In this document: in pieces, positions 1-7,603 of the stretch
Layout: each line of letters begins with the position of its first letter
How positions within the stretch are numbered: the stretch's first letter is position 1
Virus record (IMG/VR): IMGVR_UViG_3300035135_001547
Location: 1 to 32,068 of that record
Origin: a virus
Taxonomy: Duplodnaviria > Caudoviricetes
Length of the DNA stretch: 32,068 bases
Direction: 5' to 3' (one strand)
Notes under the pieces: generated by a model
The model's database searches: none
What the model saw: only the letters and a program-made list of their open reading frames with translations
Told to the model about the DNA's origin: nothing
Translations under genes and position numbers: made by a program

Positions 1-1
1 T

Positions 2-340
2 GTCGGAGACGCAACTTATCAACAAACAAAAGACGATTTCTTTTGGCTAAAAGTAGATGATCTTGCAGTGAAAGGTAAATCAGTTGGTATTGGAATATGG
101 ACTGTTCTTGATGATGTTGGACCTGCGTGGGGAGCAGCACAAAAGAAACACGAACAAATGCACGAAGATTATAAGGCGCAAAGATTTGATGACGCAATTG
201 CAAAATGCAAATTGCTATACGATCATTTTGACCACAAGATGCGTGATTATTACGATATGTGGATTGAGCGTTGTGAATATATGAAAACACAAGATTTGCC
301 TGAAGATTGGAATGGCGTATTCATAGCGACAACGAAATGA
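2..340 (+). CDS. class III adenylate/guanylate cyclase, C-terminal part (5' truncated)
   Basis: Frame is open from nt 2: VGDATYQQTKDDFFWLKVDDLAVKGKSVGIGIWTV...PEDWNGVFIATTK. The VKGK motif and P.DW.GVF.ATTK tail are typical of CHASE2-type class III cyclases. Confidence 0.75.
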   Translation, partial: VGDATYQQTKDDFFWLKVDDLAVKGKSVGIGIWTVLDDVGPAWGAAQKKHEQMHEDYKAQRFDDAIAKCKLLYDHFDHKMRDYYDMWIERCEYMKTQDLPEDWNGVFIATTK

Positions 341-663
341 TTAGAACTCTATTTGAAATATTTTTTAAAGATTATATAAACGAACAAATAGATCAGCGTT
401 TCAAGGAGAACATGATTGAAAGATTCTGGGAGCACAAAAACAACGAAACCGCAAGAAGAATTGAAGAACTCAGAAAGAGTATTAATACGGTATCAAAAGA
501 AAGCATGGTGGGAGAGGATACCACCCAAGCCGATGTACAACCCAGTATTGACGTACGACGGAGTGACGCCGAACCCGAACTTTCGCCCGAGGCCATGCAG
601 GCGTTAAAAAAACAAAATGAAATGGATGATTTAAGAGCAAAATTAGCAAGGAGTAAAAAATAG
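337..663 (+). CDS. hypothetical protein
   Basis: ATG at 337 forms an ATGA overlap with the upstream stop; charged, coiled-coil-like sequence. Confidence 0.65.
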   Translation: MIRTLFEIFFKDYINEQIDQRFKENMIERFWEHKNNETARRIEELRKSINTVSKESMVGEDTTQADVQPSIDVRRSDAEPELSPEAMQALKKQNEMDDLRAKLARSKK

Positions 664-1413
664 ATGTTAGAAAAATGCGCAACGATGGCTCGGTGTGCGG
701 AGATTGCTTATATGGATGGAAAAGAAGCCAAAATAGAATACAAGAAACTTAAATATACAACACACAAGTTTATTGAAAACGATGGTGCACAAGTACATTT
801 AATTTCAAACAAAGATGAAATTGTTTTATGTTTTCGTGGTACAGAACCAGGAGAGTTTTCAGATATTAAAGCAGACCTAAATGCTTTACCTGACAGAGCT
901 CAAAATGGTTCAGGATTTGTCCATAATGGATTTCAAGAAGAAGTAAACAAAGTATGGGATAAAATTCTAGCATCTTTAGATAAAATGAAAACGGACGGAA
1001 AGGCAATTTATATTTGCGGTCATTCACTTGGTGGTGCAATGGCTACGATCGCAACGAGCCGTTTGTTTGGTGGTCAATATAATCCACACGCATTATATAC
1101 GTACGGTTCTCCAAGAGTAGGAACACGAAAATTCGTTAAATCTTTTTCAACTCTTCATTATCGTCACGTTAATAATAACGATCTTGTTACAGCAGTTCCT
1201 TTTGCTATTATGGGATATAGACACCATTGCCCGCCGCGTTATATTAACTACTTTGGAAAAATTAGAACAATGACAACCTGGCAACGTATGAAAGATAAGT
1301 GGCGTGGACGTTGGCAAGCAATTAAAAAGAAAATGCCATTCGATGGAGCATATGACCATAGTATGGTTTACTATTGCAAATATACTAAGGAGAACGAAGA
1401 ATGTGGGAGATGA
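664..1413 (+). CDS. lipase class 3 family alpha/beta hydrolase
   Basis: Motifs FRGTE, VHNGF, GHSLGG nucleophile elbow, YTYGSPRVG, NNDLVTAVP and C-terminal DH. Confidence 0.92.
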   Translation: MLEKCATMARCAEIAYMDGKEAKIEYKKLKYTTHKFIENDGAQVHLISNKDEIVLCFRGTEPGEFSDIKADLNALPDRAQNGSGFVHNGFQEEVNKVWDKILASLDKMKTDGKAIYICGHSLGGAMATIATSRLFGGQYNPHALYTYGSPRVGTRKFVKSFSTLHYRHVNNNDLVTAVPFAIMGYRHHCPPRYINYFGKIRTMTTWQRMKDKWRGRWQAIKKKMPFDGAYDHSMVYYCKYTKENEECGR

Positions 1414-1712
1414 TAACCCAAATGGCAGGAGATAGATTATGGATCTATACAGCAATCGTTGGATCTGTTATTGGTCTTGCTTTTTCAACTTGGTTTAGTA
1501 CAACACGAGCTGCTTTGTGGTTATATGCAAAGTTTGATAATGTAATGGACTATCTTGTTGAACGTTGGGGTTGGACATGGCTTGAACAACCAGAAGATGC
1601 TTGGAGAAAAAAGTATCCAAAGATTACAAAAAAGATTGATGATTTAGAACGTCGTCTTAATGCGGTTGAATCAAAAGCCGGTGTTAAAATATTAGGAGGG
1701 AAAAAGAAATGA
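1401..1712 (+). CDS. hypothetical membrane protein
   Basis: N-terminal hydrophobic helix; RBS AAGGAG upstream; overlaps the lipase stop. Confidence 0.7.
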   Translation: MWEMITQMAGDRLWIYTAIVGSVIGLAFSTWFSTTRAALWLYAKFDNVMDYLVERWGWTWLEQPEDAWRKKYPKITKKIDDLERRLNAVESKAGVKILGGKKK

Positions 1713-1867
1713 ATTGGTTAAAAACAAAATTAGCAGAACGCTCAAGTATGGACGGTATTCTTATGATTGTTGCAGGAGCAGGAATTATTGTATTTAGTCC
1801 ATTAACACAAATGATTGCCTATGCGGCAATTGCATGGGGTGCTTATACTATTTGGAGAAAAGGATAA
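1709..1867 (+). CDS. small two-TM membrane protein (52 aa, holin-like architecture)
   Basis: Not in the ORF track. MNWLKTKLAERSSMDGILMIVAGAGIIVFSPLTQMIAYAAIAWGAYTIWRKG; ATGA overlap and AGGAGG upstream. Confidence 0.7.
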   Translation: MNWLKTKLAERSSMDGILMIVAGAGIIVFSPLTQMIAYAAIAWGAYTIWRKG

Positions 1868-1870
1868 TTT

Positions 1871-2437
1871 ATGCATTGGTCATTTGAGGATCACAAAAAT
1901 TGGTATCCTAATAATTTTGATAATGGGATGGTTGATTTTGTAATAGAAAAGTTAAAACCAAAATCTGTATTAGAATTTGGATGTGGAATTGGGGACTCTT
2001 GTCATTATTTGTCTGAGGCAGGAGTTCCAATTGTTCATGGAATAGAACCTGAACCAATGGATCCTGAAATGTTTAAAAACGAAGGATGCAGGCAATTTGT
2101 TTGGGATATTACAACGCAAGAAGAACCTGAAGGTATTTTGCCTGAATATGATATGATTTTATCAATAGAAGTAATGGAACACGTTGATAGGAAATTCCAC
2201 GAAAAGGTATTTAATTATCTTGCTTCTAAAAACCCAAGAGTTATTTTATTTTCAGCGGCAACACCAGGACAAGGTGGCCGTGGACATATTGCAGAACGTG
2301 TTGAAAAAGAATGGATTTCAGAATGGAATTCAAGAATGTTTGCAGTAGATGATCATTTAACAAAAGAAGTTAAAGAAAGCTGTAATAAAAGAAATATAAA
2401 TCACAAAAAGAATTGTATAGTTTATAGACCGTTATAA
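1871..2437 (+). CDS. class I SAM-dependent methyltransferase
   Basis: VLEFGCGIG motif I, SIEVMEH, FSAATPGQGG.GH. Confidence 0.85.
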   Translation: MHWSFEDHKNWYPNNFDNGMVDFVIEKLKPKSVLEFGCGIGDSCHYLSEAGVPIVHGIEPEPMDPEMFKNEGCRQFVWDITTQEEPEGILPEYDMILSIEVMEHVDRKFHEKVFNYLASKNPRVILFSAATPGQGGRGHIAERVEKEWISEWNSRMFAVDDHLTKEVKESCNKRNINHKKNCIVYRPL

Positions 2438-2440
2438 TCA

Positions 2441-2470
2441 AAAAGGAGGCCTTCCTAGGTGCCTCCTTTT
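2441..2470. terminator. bidirectional intrinsic terminator
   Basis: AAAAGGAGGC-cttcctaggt-GCCTCCTTTT at the junction of convergent transcription units. Confidence 0.85.
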
Positions 2471-2556
2471 CTATCTTCACCGTCCGCCGGAAGCCCACGC
2501 CCCATTCTAAGCCGAGGGTACTTACCATTCCAAAAGCTGCAGCCTTATGGATGGGT
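2471..2556 (-). ncRNA. candidate structured non-coding RNA (unknown family)
   Basis: GC-rich stretch between the tRNA-Pro 3' end and the terminator, with nested pairings CCCAT/ATGGG, AAGGC/GCTTT, TAAG/CTTA and CTTCCG/CGGTGAAG. Confidence 0.35.
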
Positions 2557-2569
2557 TTTCTGAATTTCT

Positions 2570-2646
2570 TGGTCTCGGTGGAGAGATTCGAACTCCCGAC
2601 CCTTTGGTCCCAAACCAAATGCGCTACCAGACTGCGCTACACCGAG
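2570..2646 (-). tRNA. tRNA-Pro(UGG)
   Basis: CTCGGTGTAGCGCAGTCTGGTAGCGCATTTGGTTTGGGACCAAAGGGTCGGGAGTTCGAATCTCTCCACCGAGACCA; full cloverleaf, anticodon TGG, encoded CCA. Confidence 0.96.
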
Positions 2647-2651
2647 TTTTA

Positions 2652-2742
2652 ATAAGGCAACCAAGGAATCGAACCTTGCTACCATCTGCAAATGGCCTTC
2701 GGATGTTGCAGCACCCTAAGTGAGGACCAATCGTTGCCTTAT
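2652..2742 (-). ncRNA. tRNA-like RNA / pseudo-tRNA
   Basis: 10-bp terminal stem ATAAGGCAAC/GTTGCCTTAT next to a canonical T-arm CAAGG-TTCGATT-CCTTG; non-canonical D and anticodon regions; no CCA. Confidence 0.6.
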
Positions 2743-2744
2743 AT

Positions 2745-2820
2745 AAAGGATTGAGGTTCGTTACCGTCATGCTTTTTTACCCGAAGGTGATAGCGTCTTG
2801 GCCAATTCCCTCATTCCTTA
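2745..2820 (-). ncRNA. rod-like structured RNA with C(UUCG)G apical loop
   Basis: Starts right after the promoter at 2828-2856; terminal stem AAGGA-A-TGAGG/CCTCA-A-TCCTT; apical ACC-TTCG-GGT. Confidence 0.55.
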
Positions 2821-2827
2821 TATAACC

Positions 2828-2856
2828 AATATAACTGATTCTATATAGAATGTCAA
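2828..2856 (-). promoter_or_regulatory. sigma70-type early promoter with GAATCAG element
   Basis: TTGACA-TTCTATATAGAATCAGT(17)-TATATT. Confidence 0.85.
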
Positions 2857-3041
2857 TCAAAAAATTGCATCATTACTTGTTCTGATTGTTCAACTTCTGC
2901 TCTAACTTCTTTATATCTTTCTTTAAGAACATTTACTGCTGTACGAATATGTCCTGTATCTTCTGGTGCAAATCTGCTTTCAAGAACTTTAATTTCATTT
3001 CTTAAAAAGTCCATATAATCAAGTCTAGTTATAGCCATCAT
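2853..3041 (-). CDS. hypothetical protein
   Basis: 62-aa ORF with AGGAG RBS; its TGA stop lies inside the downstream -35 box. Confidence 0.65.
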   Translation of the reverse strand: MMAITRLDYMDFLRNEIKVLESRFAPEDTGHIRTAVNVLKERYKEVRAEVEQSEQVMMQFFD

Positions 3042-3555
3042 AATCTCCTAAAAATAGTTTCCAACTCGGGTGTTTTATTTCCATAGGCATTTGTTTACGT
3101 TTACGAACGAGTTCCCAATACCCAGGACGATAAGGTTTATAAATTGGTCTTATATCAATACGATCTGATTTGGAAAAGTTACAAGGCCCGCAGGCTGTAA
3201 CGATATTTGTCCAACTTGTTTCGCCACCTTTACTTAAAGGCAAAACATGATCCATTGTTAAATCTTTCTTTATTTGTTTTTCACCACAATAACAACAAGT
3301 ATATCTATCTCGAAGAAAAAGGTTAGATTTTGAAAACCTAACCTCTGACTTGTGTTTAACATATTCTCGCATCATAATGACTGCGGGGACCCGGGTTTCC
3401 CAACTGGGACTCCGGACTAACCAATCATCATACCATTCAAGAATATCACACTTGTCGTGGTAGATATATTTTATTGCTTCTTTCCATTGAATTAGACTTA
3501 TAGGCAGGTAACTTATTGGATGTGCATCGGCATTTAAAACAAGTACGTCAGACAT
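3025..3555 (-). CDS. HNH endonuclease (McrA-like)
   Basis: VLVLNAD..P, RD.YTCCYCG, TMDHVLP.SKGG..SWTNIVTACGPCN..K. Confidence 0.92.
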   Translation of the reverse strand: MSDVLVLNADAHPISYLPISLIQWKEAIKYIYHDKCDILEWYDDWLVRSPSWETRVPAVIMMREYVKHKSEVRFSKSNLFLRDRYTCCYCGEKQIKKDLTMDHVLPLSKGGETSWTNIVTACGPCNFSKSDRIDIRPIYKPYRPGYWELVRKRKQMPMEIKHPSWKLFLGDYDGYN

Positions 3556-3556
3556 T

Positions 3557-4438
3557 TTACCCCCATGAAAACATATTTTTATTTATCTCCAATTGATACT
3601 GACTTTCACACATATCTTCAATAGTCTTTTTCAAATTACAATATTCAGATAGTTTATCAACAACCTGTACATCAGCGTCACCTGGCCGACGTTCTACAAC
3701 TTTGCGGTTCATACTTTTACCTGTAACTTCTTCCATAACGTCGAGAACCTCGTGAACGGTCCAACCGTGGTTACTTCCTAAACATTCGTAAGGAGTATTA
3801 GCAGGGCCTCTTTCAGCTGCGGTAAGTAATGCCAAACACAAATCAGAGACATGAATATAATCACGTATACATGTTCCATCCCGTGTTTCGTAATTATCTC
3901 CGTATACGTGTACCATTTCTTTTTTACCTGCAGCAACCATAGCCGCCACACGAATGAGGTGAGTAGCGTCGCCAAGCTGGCGGTTAACACCGTCAGAACC
4001 ACTAACATTAAAAAATCTAAAAATGGTATAGCCATTCGCTTTTTCCTTAATAATATCCTCTGCGGCTACTTTACTTCGAGCATACGGTGATGCCATGTGA
4101 ATTGCTGAACTCGTACTTGCAAATATAAAGTTATCGGTACGAAGACTTTCAACGGCGTTCTTTGTTCCCATTGTATTAATACGATAATATTCTGTAGGTT
4201 CAATAAGGCTTTGTGGTACAACACTACGACCTGCAAGATGAACTACGGCATCAGCCCATCCGTGTAGGAATTTATCCATAATATCTTGGATCCAAAACTT
4301 ATCACAATAAAACTCAACATCGTTAAATTCACCATGAATATTTTTATCAAATCCGTGAACTTCGTGACCATGCATTTTAGCAATACGACAAAAGTGGCTG
4401 CCGATATATCCTGTTGCTCCTGTCACCATAATTCTCAT
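3557..4438 (-). CDS. galE: NAD-dependent epimerase/dehydratase, UDP-glucose 4-epimerase-like
   Basis: VTGATGYIGSH, VVHLAG, YARSK, RFFNVSG, DGTCIRDYIHVSDL, RRPGD. Confidence 0.88.
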   Translation of the reverse strand: MRIMVTGATGYIGSHFCRIAKMHGHEVHGFDKNIHGEFNDVEFYCDKFWIQDIMDKFLHGWADAVVHLAGRSVVPQSLIEPTEYYRINTMGTKNAVESLRTDNFIFASTSSAIHMASPYARSKVAAEDIIKEKANGYTIFRFFNVSGSDGVNRQLGDATHLIRVAAMVAAGKKEMVHVYGDNYETRDGTCIRDYIHVSDLCLALLTAAERGPANTPYECLGSNHGWTVHEVLDVMEEVTGKSMNRKVVERRPGDADVQVVDKLSEYCNLKKTIEDMCESQYQLEINKNMFSWG

Positions 4439-4451
4439 GATAAATATCCCT

Positions 4452-4928
4452 ATGCGTTATATCTTAATATTTATAGTTCTGTCTGCCTGTGCGCCGACGG
4501 CCCCATCACCAGTCATTGAAACAGCTTATAAGTATTTTGGACTTCATGAAAAGTATAATAAAAAAGAGCTGTATGAATTAATACGACACGATCCCGAAGT
4601 GTTTGAATGGTGTGCATTGTTTGTAAACGAAATACTATATCTTAATGGTATAGAAGGATCTGAAACCGTAGCAAACAATCCACTTATGGCTCGAAGCTTT
4701 TTAGAATGGGGAGAAAAAGTTGATCCTAAAAAGATTCGTCATGGTGATGTCGTCATATTTCCAAGAGGTAAACCTTGGCAAGGGCATGTTGGGTTTTATG
4801 TTGGAAACGAAATGAAAGGCGACGTTTTGTACTACAAGATACTTGGTGGTAATCAAAACGATCGCGTTGGTATAGATTTATATAAAGCCAGCAGAGCCAT
4901 AGCAATTAGGCGGCAAAATACTTATTAA
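4452..4928 (+). CDS. TIGR02594-like (CHAP/NlpC-P60 fold) cell-wall hydrolase, predicted lipoprotein
   Basis: WCALFVN, ARSFLEWG, GDVVIFPRG, GHVGFY, LGGNQ; N-terminus MRYILIFIVLSAC has a lipobox. Confidence 0.8.
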   Translation: MRYILIFIVLSACAPTAPSPVIETAYKYFGLHEKYNKKELYELIRHDPEVFEWCALFVNEILYLNGIEGSETVANNPLMARSFLEWGEKVDPKKIRHGDVVIFPRGKPWQGHVGFYVGNEMKGDVLYYKILGGNQNDRVGIDLYKASRAIAIRRQNTY

Positions 4929-5109
4929 GCATATCTAACTGATCTTGATATTTTGCCATTTCTTCAAGCTGTTTTTCAATTTCTTCCATGACTTCAGAAT
5001 GTTCACCTACGCCTACAGGATTGTTAAGATAGATTTCTGCATTCATACGGTGCTTTTCAATATGGGCCGCGGCGTGATTTACCAAGGCATTAATCATTGC
5101 TTCTCTCAT
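4906..5109 (-). CDS. hypothetical protein
   Basis: 67-aa ORF with AGGAG RBS; ends in YFAA. Confidence 0.75.
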   Translation of the reverse strand: MREAMINALVNHAAAHIEKHRMNAEIYLNNPVGVGEHSEVMEEIEKQLEEMAKYQDQLDMLNKYFAA

Positions 5110-5119
5110 AATATTTCTC

Positions 5120-5416
5120 CTAAGTTATAAGACTTGATTGCGGCAAAACAATTCCTGATGTATGCTGTCTATATGCCGCTGCAACATCATCATTGGTTTT
5201 TGTAACAAAAGATACATTCATAAGCGTAACAGATTTAGGATTGATTTCGCTCGTTAAAGCTATGGTGTTAGCAAATCCAAGTCCTTGTTCTGTTACGCTT
5301 ACAAATCTCGGATCTTTTAAAGTAATGTGACCATTTTCACTTGTAGCAAACCTGCCAACATATTCGGCGTTTGTTGTTAATACCGTTACGATTTCATTTT
5401 CTTCAAACATTGTCAC
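5120..5416 (-). CDS. hypothetical protein (possible Sm-like beta fold)
   Basis: 98-aa ORF, EYVGRF...ITLKDPR pattern; in operon context. Confidence 0.7.
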   Translation of the reverse strand: MTMFEENEIVTVLTTNAEYVGRFATSENGHITLKDPRFVSVTEQGLGFANTIALTSEINPKSVTLMNVSFVTKTNDDVAAAYRQHTSGIVLPQSSLIT

Positions 5417-5602
5417 CTACTTTTTTTCAATTTTCACACAGATTGCTTGCATATTGATTGGAAAATATCCATCACCACCACCTACTTCTTCACTAAGTTG
5501 TTCTCTGGCAAAAAAGCAATCTGTCATATTATCAAAGACTCCGTTACCGACAGTCATAATCTGACCATCCCAATATGTCATAAACACTAATAACCAAGCC
5601 AT
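5417..5602 (-). CDS. hypothetical protein
   Basis: 61-aa ORF with AAGGAG RBS right after the tRNA-Arg CCA. Confidence 0.65.
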   Translation of the reverse strand: MAWLLVFMTYWDGQIMTVGNGVFDNMTDCFFAREQLSEEVGGGDGYFPINMQAICVKIEKK

Positions 5603-5615
5603 GTGATAACTCCTT

Positions 5616-5692
5616 TGGCGCTCCCTGAAGGACTCGAACCCTCAACCTGCTGATTAGAAGTCAGCTGCTCTATCCTGTTGAGCTAAGGAAGC
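5616..5692 (-). tRNA. tRNA-Arg(UCU)
   Basis: GCTTCCTTAGCTCAACAGGATAGAGCAGCTGACTTCTAATCAGCAGGTTGAGGGTTCGAGTCCTTCAGGGAGCGCCA; anticodon TCT, encoded CCA. Confidence 0.96.
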
Positions 5693-5694
5693 AA

Positions 5695-6159
5695 TTACTT
5701 CTGAAAAGTTAGAACGTATCTTTTTCCGTTAATATAGAAACGAATAGTAGAATGTGAATATACTGATTGCCGTTCTTGTTCGTACACAATGTGTTCAGCA
5801 CATTTAGTTTCATATTCGTACCCAATAATAGTACGTTGTGTTTTTGGTTTAGAACCTTTATCAGCTCCAATCAGTCCACCTATGACCGCGCCTGCCGCAG
5901 CACCTCCATCATCACCAGTCACACCTTTACCTAGGATACCACCAAGGATCATCCCGGCTAGTGCGCCACCTGCAGCGTCGCCATTTTGTACCGTTTGTCC
6001 ATAAACCGGTATCTTCTCTTCCCAGCATTCACCTTCCACAACTGGTTTTTCTACCACCACCGTTTTGTTGTGGTCAAAAACTCTTACGTTTGTTGGAACA
6101 TCTCCAGCAAAAGCAGGCGCGGCTGCGACAAGCGCGGTTGCAAAAATAAACTGTTTCAT
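5695..6159 (-). CDS. exported glycine-zipper 2TM domain protein (YcfJ-like)
   Basis: Signal peptide ending AFA; GALAGMILGGILG and GAAAGAVIGGLIG zippers flanked by Cys. Confidence 0.8.
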   Translation of the reverse strand: MKQFIFATALVAAAPAFAGDVPTNVRVFDHNKTVVVEKPVVEGECWEEKIPVYGQTVQNGDAAGGALAGMILGGILGKGVTGDDGGAAAGAVIGGLIGADKGSKPKTQRTIIGYEYETKCAEHIVYEQERQSVYSHSTIRFYINGKRYVLTFQK

Positions 6160-6160
6160 T

Positions 6161-6262
6161 TTAGGATTCCTCTATTGCTCTTTGAAACATGCGATAAGGT
6201 ATTAAACACACCCATATATACACGGACCAAAAGACAATATTATATATAATGATTTCAAGCAT
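6161..6262 (-). CDS. small single-TM protein (33 aa)
   Basis: MLEIIIYNIVFWSVYIWVCLIPYRMFQRAIEES fills the gap between neighbours exactly. Confidence 0.5.
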   Translation of the reverse strand: MLEIIIYNIVFWSVYIWVCLIPYRMFQRAIEES

Positions 6263-6482
6263 TCAATATTTTCTTTGCATACTTGATTGTCAAAAAATCT
6301 GTTTTAGTTAGATTCTTTAACGAACCGGTTTCAGCCATTTCTTCACCAACACGACTAAACGCATTGAGAATTTCAAGAGGAACATTCATGTTCTCACCTG
6401 ACTCAGAAAACCACATCATACGACGACCAAATGCAGCAATAATACGTTGTGATTCTGATTGTTCAAAAAATGTTAAGTTCAT
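6255..6482 (-). CDS. hypothetical protein
   Basis: Probable start MNLTFFEQ at 6482 with AAGGAG RBS. Confidence 0.65.
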   Translation of the reverse strand: MNLTFFEQSESQRIIAAFGRRMMWFSESGENMNVPLEILNAFSRVGEEMAETGSLKNLTKTDFLTIKYAKKILNA

Positions 6483-6532
6483 GGACTTCTCCTTAGCTGA
6501 TTCCATTTTGTAAAATAATTCTATCATAAAAC

Positions 6533-6910
6533 TTATCTAATGTCAACCATTAGTTTCACATAACGTGAAATTAAATCGGTACTCTTTTCTTGAGCTTCCT
6601 TTTCCCACCAACAAGTTTCATATGGTTCGTTAGTTAAAAGCAAATCATTAAGATTGTCATATATAAACTGTTTCACGTGAACAAGTTCGTGTGCTATAGT
6701 TTTATATATCTGCGTTAAGTTCCTATCTTTTGTTTTTGTTAAGATCAAGAACTCATCCTCCTCAACATCAATACACAATCCTGTGGAGTTTGTATTAAAT
6801 TTGATTGGAGAAACTTCAATCAATTTAGGAAATATTTTTAAATCTTCACAACAGAAAGTTACAAAGCTTTCAGTTAATTTCCTATCAAGATCATAAACCT
6901 TAATCATCAT
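6533..6910 (-). CDS. zincin-like HExxH metallopeptidase
   Basis: TIAHELVHVKQF...WWEKEA; start reassigned to MMIKVYD. Confidence 0.75.
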   Translation of the reverse strand: MMIKVYDLDRKLTESFVTFCCEDLKIFPKLIEVSPIKFNTNSTGLCIDVEEDEFLILTKTKDRNLTQIYKTIAHELVHVKQFIYDNLNDLLLTNEPYETCWWEKEAQEKSTDLISRYVKLMVDIR

Positions 6911-7391
6911 ACTCTTCGTCAAAGTCCATTTCGTCATGGTTGTCAAACTCACCCTCAACATTGAAGTGTTCAATTAGATCATCGGGAATATTGTCAAGAG
7001 AAGACCTATCGGAAATATCGTATTCGTAATACTCTTCCTCTCCTCCTTCAAACTTTCCAACATACCCCATGCCAGGTTCAAAATATTGAATTTCAGCTTC
7101 ACAATCAGGGTTCTTCTCAAGGAACGTCTCAAATGCTTGAATAGGTGGAGCCCACGCACTGTCAAAAGTACCAACAATCATTACAGTACCTTCGTCTTCT
7201 ACAAGTTCAAGGAACTCAGGATCAACATCCCATTTAGTACCCCAACTTTCAAGTGCTGTATTATAATCCCAGTCTCCAATAGGAACCATTGCTTCAAGCA
7301 ATCCGTTCTTTTCAATTGCATCATAATAAATTTTACTGATCTTGTCACTAGGACCTGTGATCGTTATATCATTTATGCACCAATTAGGCAT
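6900..7391 (-). CDS. YubB/DUF1281-like ferredoxin-fold protein
   Basis: MPNWC.N, WGTKWD, FDSAWAPP, Y.EPG motifs. Confidence 0.75.
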   Translation of the reverse strand: MPNWCINDITITGPSDKISKIYYDAIEKNGLLEAMVPIGDWDYNTALESWGTKWDVDPEFLELVEDEGTVMIVGTFDSAWAPPIQAFETFLEKNPDCEAEIQYFEPGMGYVGKFEGGEEEYYEYDISDRSSLDNIPDDLIEHFNVEGEFDNHDEMDFDEEYDD

Positions 7392-7548
7392 TTTCGAGTT
7401 CCTCTTCAAATTCACGCAATGAATTCATTTTACGCTCAAGCATTTTGCGCAATGCAGACAATGCCGCACGCTTTTCATCAGAAGCACCTTCTTCAAACGC
7501 AATGATTGCATTTGTGATTACGTCAATATCTTGTACTGTCTCTGTCAT
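7384..7548 (-). CDS. hypothetical protein (54 aa), first gene after early promoter
   Basis: MTETVQDIDVITNAIIAFEEGASDEKRAALSALRKMLERKMNSLREFEEELENA; GAAAGGA RBS; not in the ORF track. Confidence 0.7.
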   Translation of the reverse strand: MTETVQDIDVITNAIIAFEEGASDEKRAALSALRKMLERKMNSLREFEEELENA

Positions 7549-7574
7549 AATAAATCCTTTCATAAGACAATTAT

Positions 7575-7603
7575 ATACTAACTGATTCTATTAAGAATGT
7601 CAA
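7575..7603 (-). promoter_or_regulatory. sigma70-type early promoter with GAATCAG element
   Basis: TTGACA-TTCTTAATAGAATCAGT(17)-TAGTAT. Confidence 0.85.

Noticed and set aside
2370-2618. 82-aa minus-strand ORF in the track
   Set aside because: Overlaps tRNA-Pro, the terminator and the methyltransferase; no RBS; spurious.
3025-3555. HNH as a mobile homing element or Cas-related nuclease
   Set aside because: No intron context, no RuvC motifs and no repeat array; resembles stand-alone McrA-like HNH proteins.
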